From: an uncultured delta proteobacterium
GTDB taxonomy: Bacteria > Myxococcota_A > Polyangia > Polyangiales > Houyiibacteriaceae
Length of the DNA: 64,000 nucleotides
NCBI GenBank assembly: GCA_963699755.1
Contig: CAVOVB010000002.1
Coordinates: 480,001-544,000, forward strand
Reading direction: 5' to 3'
Shown: positions 27,328-35,930 of the stretch, piece by piece
Layout: every line of letters begins with the position of its first letter
How positions within the stretch are numbered: the first letter of the stretch is position 1
The notes under the pieces: model-generated
Seen by the model: only the letters and a program-made list of their open reading frames with translations
Database searches by the model: none
What the model was told of the DNA's origin: nothing
Made by a program: the position numbers and the translations under genes

Positions 27328-29547
27328 GAGGGCGGTGACGTTGCGGAGGAGCTTGCGGTCGGGGGACTTCAGCAGGAGGCGATAGCGGTAGCGGCCTCGG
27401 AGGCGCACCAGGGGTGCAGGAGCCGGACCCAGTACTTGGACTGCTCCGTCTTTGACGGACTGGTGTTGACGGGCGGTGTCGGCGAGCAGTTGGGTTGCGC
27501 CGCGCGCATCGTCTTCGGCGCCGGCGTGGACACGTATCGTCACGAGACGCGTGAAGGGTGGATAGCCGACTTCTTCCCGGTCGCGGATCTCTTCGGCGTA
27601 GAAGCCTTCGTAGTCATGTTGTGCAGCCAAACGCACCGCTGGATGATCTGGCTGGAACGTTTGAAGGATGACTTCACCAGGGCTGTCGGCGCGGCCTGCG
27701 CGGCCTGCAACCTGCGCAAGCAGTTGAAACGTTCGCTCGGATGCGCGGAAATCCGGGAAAGCGAGACTTTGATCCGCAAGAGCGACCCCAACAAGGGTCA
27801 CTCCGGCAATGTCGTGCCCCTTGGTGACCATTTGCGTACCCACCAGCACGTCGATCTCGCCAGTCCGCAAACGATCGAGGACCTCCTCGACCCCGTCCCC
27901 CGATGCAGTGTCGCGATCGAGCCGAGCGACGCGGGCCCTCGGAAAAGCGTCTTCGACAGCCTTCTGCAATTGCTCCGTCCCCACGCCGAGCCGTTTGTAC
28001 TCATTGTTTCCGCAAGCCGTGCATGGAACGACCACCGCACGATGGAAGTCACAGTAGTGACAGCGGAGTGCGCCCTGCCCGCGATGTTCCGTGAGTGCGA
28101 CGCTGCACGCGGGGCATTCGGCCACCGCGCCGCAGGAGGCGCAGCGCAGGCTCGGCGCAAAACCACGCCGGTTGAGAAAGATGATCGCTTGGTGCCCGGT
28201 CTCCAAGCAACGGCTGAGCGCTGCATGGAGCGGTCCGGAAAGGAGCGGATGGCCTGTCGGACCGGTCCGGTGTCGCCGCAGGTCGACGATTTCGACTTCC
28301 GGCAAGGTCGCGCCGGTCGCGCGCGTCGGCAGCGACAGCAAACCAAGGAGGCCCTGATTCGCGCGATGATAGGTCTCGACCGCAGGCGTCGCGCTCCCGA
28401 GCACACAAACCGCCCCGGCGTACTGCGCCCGGAGCAAGGCCATGTCCCTGGCGTGATAGCGAAAGCCCTCGTCCTGCTTGAACGAAGGGTCGTGCTCCTC
28501 ATCGACCACAATCAATCCGAGGTTCGCAACCGGCGCAAACAAGGCAGAGCGCGCCCCGATGGCGACACTGACCCTCCCCTTACGGAGCGCTTGCCAGGCG
28601 TCGTCTCGTTGGCGCGCCGTGAGCCCACTGTGAAGGACGGCGATGTCGTCACCAAAGCGCGCGCGGAATCGCCCGACGAGCTGCGGTGTCAACGCAATCT
28701 CGGGCACGAGCAAGATCGCCCCAAGGCCGGCCTTTCTCACTTCGTCGATCGCGCGAAGGTAGACCTCGGTTTTTCCCGATCCGGTGACACCATGAAGAAG
28801 AAACGCCTCGCCGCTGCGTTTCATGAGCGCATCGACGAGCGTGTCGATCGCCACTTGCTGAGCGGGATTTGGCGAATGCGGTTCGTCGCGGCTCACCGGA
28901 ATTCGAAAGAACGGATCGCGAATGGCTTCGACCTCTTCAAATTCGACGAGCCCTTTGTCCGCGAGCGATCGCACGACGGCACGGGGGTCGTTGACCTCCC
29001 CGCGGAGCTCATCGAGCAAGATCGAATCGCGATCCGCGAACCAATCCATGAGCTTCTTCTGCCGAGCGCCCAGGTGCATGTCCGAAGCGTCCTTCCCGGT
29101 GGCCGTCACCTGCCAGGTTCGATGATGCGCAACGCGCTGCCCAGGGAGGTTCTCCTGGGCTTCGAGAAACCCATCTTTGCGCAATCGTCGCATGGCCCCG
29201 ACTGGCAGCGCAGGGGCCGCCGCACGCAGGACCTCGCCGAGCGGGTGCATGTAGTACTTGGCTGCCTGATCGAGGAACCGAAGCAACTCCGGCGTGAAAA
29301 CAGGCTCAGAGTCGAGCAGCCCTGCCACAGGAAGCGCTCGCGCCAAGCCCTCGGGAAGCTCCTGCCGCCAGCCCACGACGAAACCCGCGAGCTTCCGCCG
29401 GCTGAACGAAACGGCGACACGGCTTCCTGGCCGGAGCACGCCCCGCAGCTTGAGCGGCACCTCGTAGGTGAACACCTTTCGGAGCGGAACCGGAAGGGCC
29501 ACTTCGACGTACGGCGATTCGATCGACTCCGCGGCCCGCTCAGACAT
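27262..29547 (-). CDS. priA: Primosomal protein N'
   Basis: LHGVTGSGKTEVY, VPEIALTPQ, DEEH, LGSATP, Cys-rich zinc region, GTQMVTKGHD, QVAGRAGR, C-terminal DIDP. Confidence 0.96.
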   Translation of the reverse strand: MSERAAESIESPYVEVALPVPLRKVFTYEVPLKLRGVLRPGSRVAVSFSRRKLAGFVVGWRQELPEGLARALPVAGLLDSEPVFTPELLRFLDQAAKYYMHPLGEVLRAAAPALPVGAMRRLRKDGFLEAQENLPGQRVAHHRTWQVTATGKDASDMHLGARQKKLMDWFADRDSILLDELRGEVNDPRAVVRSLADKGLVEFEEVEAIRDPFFRIPVSRDEPHSPNPAQQVAIDTLVDALMKRSGEAFLLHGVTGSGKTEVYLRAIDEVRKAGLGAILLVPEIALTPQLVGRFRARFGDDIAVLHSGLTARQRDDAWQALRKGRVSVAIGARSALFAPVANLGLIVVDEEHDPSFKQDEGFRYHARDMALLRAQYAGAVCVLGSATPAVETYHRANQGLLGLLSLPTRATGATLPEVEIVDLRRHRTGPTGHPLLSGPLHAALSRCLETGHQAIIFLNRRGFAPSLRCASCGAVAECPACSVALTEHRGQGALRCHYCDFHRAVVVPCTACGNNEYKRLGVGTEQLQKAVEDAFPRARVARLDRDTASGDGVEEVLDRLRTGEIDVLVGTQMVTKGHDIAGVTLVGVALADQSLAFPDFRASERTFQLLAQVAGRAGRADSPGEVILQTFQPDHPAVRLAAQHDYEGFYAEEIRDREEVGYPPFTRLVTIRVHAGAEDDARGATQLLADTARQHQSVKDGAVQVLGPAPAPLVRLRGRYRYRLLLKSPDRKLLRNVTALLAARIEAGLPPAHATLDIDPL

Positions 29548-29554
29548 CGACCGC

Positions 29555-30625
29555 CTACTCGCGCTCGACGAGGGTTCCGTCTCTGCGAAACTTACCTCGG
29601 CGCCGGTCCGGGTCCCGGGAATAGACCGCAAACGATAAGTCGTCGCACTCGCCAGCAGCGAGGCGGTGCATGGCCGCCATCGCGATCATCGCCGCGTTGT
29701 CGGTGCATGAAATGGGAGGCGGGACGAAGAGTTGAATCCCGTTAGCGTCGCAAACCTCTTTGGCTCGCGCTCGCAGCCCGCGATTCGCGGCAACGCCCCC
29801 GCTGATGACCAGTCGATTGAGCTCTTCCAGCTTGCACGCAAGCATCGACTTCCGAACGAGGCTTTCGACGATCACGCCCTGAAACGAGGCACAGAGATCG
29901 GCGAGCTCCTGCTCATCGCTGGGAGCACCGTACCGTTGAACGTGGCGCGCGAGGGCGGTCTTGAGGCCCGAGAAGCTGAACTCCAAGGTCTTCCGCGAGG
30001 CCATCGGGAGTGGAAACGAGAAGGCATGGGGGTTTCCACGGGCAGCCAGTCGATCGATCAGGGGGCCGCCGGGATAACCAAGCCCAAGAAGCTTGGCAGC
30101 TTTGTCGAATGCCTCGCCGGCGGCGTCGTCACGGGTTTGCGCCAGAAGCTCGATCTCGCGACGCGCTTCCACACGGTAAAGCGCCGTGTGCCCGCCGCTC
30201 ACGAGCAAGCCCACGAACGGCATTGCTGGGCCGGGCTCCAGCCCGCCGTCACTCGACCGACGCAGGTACACCGCAAAGAGGTGGCCATCCAAGTGGTTCA
30301 CGCCCACGAGCGGCTTGCCGATGCTCCAGGCCAAGGCCTTCGCGACCTGCACGCCAACCAGAAGCGAGCCCACCAGACCCGGACCCTGTGTGACGGCGAT
30401 CGCGTCGACGTCTTCGAGCCCACCCGGCGCCTTGGCGAGCGCTGCACGAATCACGGGGATGATCGCTTGCATGTGCGCGCGCGAAGCAAGCTCGGGGACG
30501 ATGCCACCATAGGGCCCGTGCATAGCGACTTGACTCGCCACCACGTCGGCAAGCACCTCCCCTGACTCGTCGACGAGCGCCGCGGCCGTCTCATCACAGG
30601 AGCTTTCGATCCCGAGCACTCGCAT
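29555..30625 (-). CDS. tsaD: tRNA N6-adenosine threonylcarbamoyltransferase
   Basis: LGIESSCDETAAA, GGIVPELASRAH, NHLDGH, VSGGHT, DDAAGEAFDK, SFSGLKT, CTDNAAMI. Confidence 0.96.
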   Translation of the reverse strand: MRVLGIESSCDETAAALVDESGEVLADVVASQVAMHGPYGGIVPELASRAHMQAIIPVIRAALAKAPGGLEDVDAIAVTQGPGLVGSLLVGVQVAKALAWSIGKPLVGVNHLDGHLFAVYLRRSSDGGLEPGPAMPFVGLLVSGGHTALYRVEARREIELLAQTRDDAAGEAFDKAAKLLGLGYPGGPLIDRLAARGNPHAFSFPLPMASRKTLEFSFSGLKTALARHVQRYGAPSDEQELADLCASFQGVIVESLVRKSMLACKLEELNRLVISGGVAANRGLRARAKEVCDANGIQLFVPPPISCTDNAAMIAMAAMHRLAAGECDDLSFAVYSRDPDRRRGKFRRDGTLVERE

Positions 30626-31185
30626 CAAAGCGTCTCTCGGTGAAGACCAAATACACCGAAGTAGTCGCAATTGCCGCTATCGATCTCGCCGCAGTCGGAA
30701 GGATCGCAGATCTCCAGTCCGGGACCTGCAATCAGGCGAACCTCGACATTGCCGCCCCGAAGGAGCGAGAGGAAGACCATCACGTCCCGCCCGGCAAGTG
30801 GACCGGCATCGGGCTTCGCAACGAATATGTAGTTTCGGAGCCTACCGCCGCCCGGAAACTCGTACAGCCCGAGCTGGTCATGCGCGAGCGGGGGGATTGG
30901 CAGCAGCGGGGTGTCGTTGAACGTGGAACCGCAGATCTCACCGCTAGTCGAGATCGTGCCTGGGTTCGCATACTGCTGCTCCGGGTCGAAGGTGAGGTCG
31001 AGGGTCACACCCGAAGGGAAGCCCCGACGAATGAAAGAGCAATCGATGCCATCAGGGCAACTGAGGGGATCGTTCACGCCTACGATGTCGCCCCGGTAGA
31101 CCTCGCCCTCCCCAGTGGTGAATTCACCAAGCGAATCGCAGCCGAACGCAGCGATCAGAACGCAGATCCACCAGCAGCGCCGCAT
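30625..31185 (-). CDS. Cys-rich hypothetical lipoprotein
   Basis: Lipobox AFGC; TGATG coupling to tsaD; TATGCT 7 nt before the ATG at 31185. Confidence 0.75.
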   Translation of the reverse strand: MRRCWWICVLIAAFGCDSLGEFTTGEGEVYRGDIVGVNDPLSCPDGIDCSFIRRGFPSGVTLDLTFDPEQQYANPGTISTSGEICGSTFNDTPLLPIPPLAHDQLGLYEFPGGGRLRNYIFVAKPDAGPLAGRDVMVFLSLLRGGNVEVRLIAGPGLEICDPSDCGEIDSGNCDYFGVFGLHRETL

Positions 31186-31206
31186 GCAGCGAAGCATAGC
31201 AGAGTG

Positions 31207-34200
31207 CTAGATGCTGGCCCGGAGCGTTTTGCTCGCAGAAAGCCAGCGCCGATAGCCGGGCGCATCGCCCGCTTGGGCAGCCAGGGTGCTGGCCTCTTCA
31301 TAGCGAAACTGGGCCTCGCGCGCTCGGCCAGCCAGCTCGTCGATCGAGCCCAGCATCCCGACGGCTCGCGCGACCAGGCTCAAACCACCGTTCGCTTTGC
31401 CTTCCCGCTCGACGCTGGTGAGCTCGTGGGCGGCGCCTTCGTGGTCGCCAGCTGCAGTCAGAGCATCGGCAAGCTCGAGCCGCGCTCGCGAGATGGTCTC
31501 CGGCTTCGCGCCGATCTCGGTGAAAAGCTCGAGCGCGCGCCGATAGGCATTGGCGGCATGCTGCGGGTCGCCCTCGATGCGGCGAATGCGACCGATGGCG
31601 ACCTGCAAGTGTGACTCAATCGAAGGCTCGACCCCTGCGACCAGCTCGAGTGCCTGGCCGAACTGCCGCATGGCATCGCGAGGGCGATCTCGACGCGCGG
31701 CAATGCGACCGAGGGACAACAGCATGTTGGCCCGGTCCGCGCTGTTCGGCGCAGTGAGGTCGAGCGCCTCGCGAAGCACGCCATCTGCACCCGCCGCATC
31801 GCCCGATCGAGCGAGCGCCTCGCCCAGCTTTCTGCTGAAGGTTGCGATGGCCCGATCGTAGACGGTGTCGCCGCTCTCCAGGGTTTGGCGGCGAGCGATC
31901 TCGAGTGCGCGCCGGTACTGAAGGACTGCACCGAGGTGATCGCCTCGAGCCATCGACGCATCCCCTGCCTTCTCCAGCACCACGAGGCTGGACACGGGAT
32001 CGACGCCATGAAACGCGTGCACTGCGCGCACCTCCTGCGGTGCTCGAAGCTCGCTCAAGACCTCGAAGGCGCGACGGTGCAGCGCCCGGCGGGCCTCCGC
32101 AGGAATCGATGCTGCAACAAGGTCCGCGATGAAGGGATGAACGATGCTCACCCTTCCGCCGTCGAGTTGCACCAGCGAGTTCCCCGCCAGCTCGTCCAGA
32201 CCGCTCAGCTCATCGTGCTCGGAGACGGCGCGTAGGGTGTCCAAGTCACAGGTCCTGCCGAGAACCGCTGCAGATTGAAGGAGACGCTGTGCATCCACTT
32301 CGAGACGTTCGATGCGCTGCGCGATCGCGTCAGCCATCCGCAGTGCCCCTCCGTCCTCCGGGGAGACCCCGAGCGCCTCCAGTTGCTCGAGGTGCAACGG
32401 TAGAACATGCCCGCCCACCGCCTGGGTAATCTTATCGAGCCCGGATACGAGCCGGAGATGGAACGAGCCTGCCAAGAACTGCTCGGCCTGCTCTGAATCG
32501 AGCCCTTCGAGGCGGATCGCTTCGTCTGCAAGGATGCCGCGATCGTCATCGCCAGCCGTCACCAAGAGCACCGGCTCAGTCCCGAGCGCCCGTGAAAGCT
32601 CGACGACGGTGCGCTGGGTGAGCCCGTCGCACAGCGAGAGGTCGTCGACGATTAGCATCACACGACCGCTCGATGCCCGCCCTCGCGCGCGACGCACCGC
32701 ACATGCGAGCGCTTCGGCCACGGCCCCCGTGCGGGATCTGCCGTCACCACCGAGGAGACCTGCCGGGTTCATGACTTCGTCGAGGCCCGCGCTCGCAAGT
32801 GCAGACCCCAGATCGTCTCCGCGAACCGCCATCCGCGCAAGCTCGGAATCGTCGACCTCTAGCAGCTCGGCCAAGATCGTCCGAATTGCCGAGTAAGGAA
32901 CCGGCGAGCCAGTGGAATGTGCACCCGCCCCGATGACTAGGTCACCCTCGGCCGCAGCAATCTCGGCGATCTCCGTGAGGAAGCGTGTTTTCCCGACGCC
33001 CGATTCTCCAAACACGTGAACCCAATGCGCTCCCTGAGCAGCCTCATGGCGATGCTCGCGAATCTGACGAAGCTCTTCCTTGCGCCCCACGAATAATCGC
33101 TGCGACCCGAGCGGAGGGTAGAACGAAGGCCGAAGCGAACGGCTGACACCCAAGCCCCGTTCAGCCCCAGTCAGCCGGGCGCCGCATTCGCCGCAGAAAT
33201 TCTGGGCGTGAGAGGTCGGCGCGCCACAGCTCGGACAGGGAAGGACCGAGGCGCGAAGGATGAGTGTGTCTTCCATTGCACTACGCAGCGCCTGCTGCAT
33301 ATCGCGAGCGACCTGGTAGCGGCCGCTGGGATCCTTCGCGAGCGCCTTCATCGTCACTTCCGCAAGTCGATCGGGGACTTCGCGCGGCGGGTTCGCTTCG
33401 CGCGGATCGGGAATCGGGTCGTTCATGTGTCTCAGCACGACGCGGGTCGGCGTGTCGTCGATGTAAGGCAGGTGCCCGGTCAGCAGCTCGAAGAGAACGA
33501 CGCCAAGCGCGTAGAGATCGCCACGGCCATCCACGCCGTCTCCTCGGCCCTGCTCTGGTGACATGTAGTCCGGCGTGCCGCATACTAGCCCCGGCTTGGT
33601 AATCGAGCTTTCCTTGCCCACGATCGTGGCAAGCCCGAAGTCGACTACCTTGACCAGATCGTCCCCGGACCGAAGGGGGCGCAAGATGATGTTCTCAGGC
33701 TTCAGGTCACGATGCACGATGCCCAGCTCGTGTGCTTCGCCAAGCGCGTCGAGAGTGTTGATGAGGATCTTGCAGATGCGCTCCGCTTCGAGCGGCCCCT
33801 CTTCGTGCATCACGAGCGCCAAGTCCTTGCCGCTCAAGAACTCCATTGCGAGGTAGAGAATCCCGTCATCGGTCCGACCGAAATCGATGATGCTGACGCT
33901 ATTGGGGTGATTGAGGCGGCTCGAAGCGCGGGCTTCCTGATAGAAGCGAGCGACAGTCTGTTCGTCACTCAGCAGATGGGGGTGGATGACTTTGACTGCG
34001 ACGGTGCGCCCCAGCGTCGATTGCTCAGCCTTGTACACCCGGCCCATGCCCCCCACGCCGACCACCTCTTGCAAGAGATAGGTTCCCCCTACCGTGCGAC
34101 CGATGAGCGGATCTGCACCACCGCCCCTATCCTGCTCGTCGGAAGGCGCCCCACAGGCAGAACAAAAGCGCGCGGCATCTTCTACCGACGCGCCACATTG

Positions 34201-34215
34201 ATGGCACAAACGCAC
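31207..34215 (-). CDS. Ser/Thr protein kinase with zinc ribbons, P-loop (STAND-like) ATPase and TPR-like repeats
   Basis: CxxC pairs on both sides of the kinase; GVGGMGRVY, HRDLKPEN, DFG, GTPDYMSPE; Walker A GESGVGKT, Walker B LIVDD; helical C-terminus. Confidence 0.9.
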   Translation of the reverse strand: MRLCHQCGASVEDAARFCSACGAPSDEQDRGGGADPLIGRTVGGTYLLQEVVGVGGMGRVYKAEQSTLGRTVAVKVIHPHLLSDEQTVARFYQEARASSRLNHPNSVSIIDFGRTDDGILYLAMEFLSGKDLALVMHEEGPLEAERICKILINTLDALGEAHELGIVHRDLKPENIILRPLRSGDDLVKVVDFGLATIVGKESSITKPGLVCGTPDYMSPEQGRGDGVDGRGDLYALGVVLFELLTGHLPYIDDTPTRVVLRHMNDPIPDPREANPPREVPDRLAEVTMKALAKDPSGRYQVARDMQQALRSAMEDTLILRASVLPCPSCGAPTSHAQNFCGECGARLTGAERGLGVSRSLRPSFYPPLGSQRLFVGRKEELRQIREHRHEAAQGAHWVHVFGESGVGKTRFLTEIAEIAAAEGDLVIGAGAHSTGSPVPYSAIRTILAELLEVDDSELARMAVRGDDLGSALASAGLDEVMNPAGLLGGDGRSRTGAVAEALACAVRRARGRASSGRVMLIVDDLSLCDGLTQRTVVELSRALGTEPVLLVTAGDDDRGILADEAIRLEGLDSEQAEQFLAGSFHLRLVSGLDKITQAVGGHVLPLHLEQLEALGVSPEDGGALRMADAIAQRIERLEVDAQRLLQSAAVLGRTCDLDTLRAVSEHDELSGLDELAGNSLVQLDGGRVSIVHPFIADLVAASIPAEARRALHRRAFEVLSELRAPQEVRAVHAFHGVDPVSSLVVLEKAGDASMARGDHLGAVLQYRRALEIARRQTLESGDTVYDRAIATFSRKLGEALARSGDAAGADGVLREALDLTAPNSADRANMLLSLGRIAARRDRPRDAMRQFGQALELVAGVEPSIESHLQVAIGRIRRIEGDPQHAANAYRRALELFTEIGAKPETISRARLELADALTAAGDHEGAAHELTSVEREGKANGGLSLVARAVGMLGSIDELAGRAREAQFRYEEASTLAAQAGDAPGYRRWLSASKTLRASI

Positions 34216-34553
34216 TTCCTCAGCATATCCCACGGCGTGCCCGGCTCAAACTGGCGAAAGGCTGAACACCTGACCGGTGTCAGCGCGGCTCTCCGCGTCG
34301 TACCGAATCGCTTCGTCGGCGGCCGACCGTATCCGCGGAGCATGGATGAGCACTTCGTCGTAGCTGTTGGAACAAGCCTGTCCCTCGTCAGCGAGCCGCT
34401 CTAAGATCGCGACGCCGCCGATCTCTGTCGGCCGTCCGCTTGAGCCCCCCGCTCACAGTCCCCCCAGTCTAGCGAAGGACGGTCTCTGCTCTGCGGGCGG
34501 GGCCGAAACAGCGCAAATAGACATGGAAGCCCGGCCTGCTAGAGTCGGCCCCA

Positions 34554-35069
34554 GTGAGGCGGCGGCTGGCAATCTGGCTCGTGTTGAGCCTGACAACGAT
34601 AGCTTGTGCCACCACCGGCACGCTCCGAAACGGAGTCTACCGGGGTGACGAAACGTCCTATCGAATCGGCCCCGTCGGCGAGGGCTGGACGGCCGTCACG
34701 GTCAACAAGCAAAACGACCTGGCCTGGCACAACGAAGCCAAGGAGGCGATCATCCACGTCGACTCGGAGTGCGACCCGGCCGACGACATTCCTCTCAAAG
34801 CGCTTCGCAACCACCTGATGATCGGCTTCACCGAGCGCGAAGTGGCCCTCGAGGAGCTCGTCCCGATGGATGGTCGCGAAGCTCTACGCACGCGATTCCG
34901 GGCCAAGCTCGACGGCGTGCCGCGCGACTTCCTTCTGCAGATCCTCAAAAAGGACGGCTGCGTCTACGACTTCGGCTTGATTACGCCGCCCGGTCCGAGC
35001 TTCGAAGAGGCCCTGCCGGATTTCGACCGAATGCTCGCCGGGTTCTCTACGACACCGGGTCAGCCATGA
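34554..35069 (+). CDS. Hypothetical lipoprotein
   Basis: Lipobox TIAC; ATGA coupling to mlaE; alpha/beta pattern loosely like PsbP/DcrB. Confidence 0.8.
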   Translation: MRRRLAIWLVLSLTTIACATTGTLRNGVYRGDETSYRIGPVGEGWTAVTVNKQNDLAWHNEAKEAIIHVDSECDPADDIPLKALRNHLMIGFTEREVALEELVPMDGREALRTRFRAKLDGVPRDFLLQILKKDGCVYDFGLITPPGPSFEEALPDFDRMLAGFSTTPGQP

Positions 35070-35887
35070 GCTCCGCCGCGCCATCGACGCGCCCCCGCAA
35101 CTTCGCGGCCTGGGCCGACTTCCAGATCCGGCGCCTTCGGACGTTCGCCGAAGAAGTGGGCGCCGCGACGCTGCTCGCCGGGCGAACGTTTCGCACGATG
35201 TTCACGACGCGGTTCGATACCAGCGAGTTCATCTATCAGCTTGAGCAGCTCGGCGTCCGAAGCCTTGCGATCGCCGCGGCAACGGCGATCTTCGTCGGAA
35301 TCGTGATGACCATTCAGTTTGCGGTGTCCATGGAAGCTTTCGGCGCCAAAGACACGCTCGGCCGCGTCATCGGGGTTTCCGAGGCCCGCGAGCTAGCACC
35401 TTCGCTGACCGCCCTCGTCGTAGGCAGCCGGATTGCTGCGGGAATCGCAGCGGAGCTCGGTTCCATGACGGTAACCGAACAGGTCGACGCGATCCGAGCA
35501 TTGGGCGCCGATCCGATTCGCAAGCTCGTCATACCTCGTCTGGCTGCCTGCATCGTGATCATGCCTTTGATCACTTTCATCGCATTCATCCTCGGCATGA
35601 TCAGCTCGATGCTCGTCGCGGCGCTCTCCTATGGGATTCCGATGGAGTTCTTCTTCTCTACGGCGCTCGACTCGCTCAGGATCAACGACTTCATCAGTGG
35701 TGTCTCGAAGACGCCCTTCTTTGGCTTCTTGATTGCGATTCTTGGTTGCTACTTCGGCTTGCAGACACGCGGCGGAACCGAAGGCGTCGGCCGTTCTACC
35801 ACCAGGGCGGTGGTCGTTGTCTCGATCAGCATCTTGATGGCCGACGCACTGCTCACCCAGATTTTCGTGAGCCTGGGGACGCTCTGA
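35066..35887 (+). CDS. mlaE: MlaE-family ABC transporter permease
   Basis: RELAPSLTAL, AAELGSMTVTEQVDAIRALGADP, GGTEGVGRSTTRAVV. Confidence 0.92.
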   Translation: MSSAAPSTRPRNFAAWADFQIRRLRTFAEEVGAATLLAGRTFRTMFTTRFDTSEFIYQLEQLGVRSLAIAAATAIFVGIVMTIQFAVSMEAFGAKDTLGRVIGVSEARELAPSLTALVVGSRIAAGIAAELGSMTVTEQVDAIRALGADPIRKLVIPRLAACIVIMPLITFIAFILGMISSMLVAALSYGIPMEFFFSTALDSLRINDFISGVSKTPFFGFLIAILGCYFGLQTRGGTEGVGRSTTRAVVVVSISILMADALLTQIFVSLGTL

Positions 35888-35930
35888 GAAGAATCAGATC
35901 CAAAAGGGGGCGCCGAACGTCCAATCCGAC

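Noticed and set aside
27436..29745. 769-aa plus-strand ORF
   Set aside because: Antisense shadow of priA with no recognisable motifs; expected from high-GC codon bias.
34240..34450. Open minus-strand frame (ERLADEGQACSNSYDEV...) upstream of the kinase
   Set aside because: No convincing start or motif; may be a remnant but cannot be supported.
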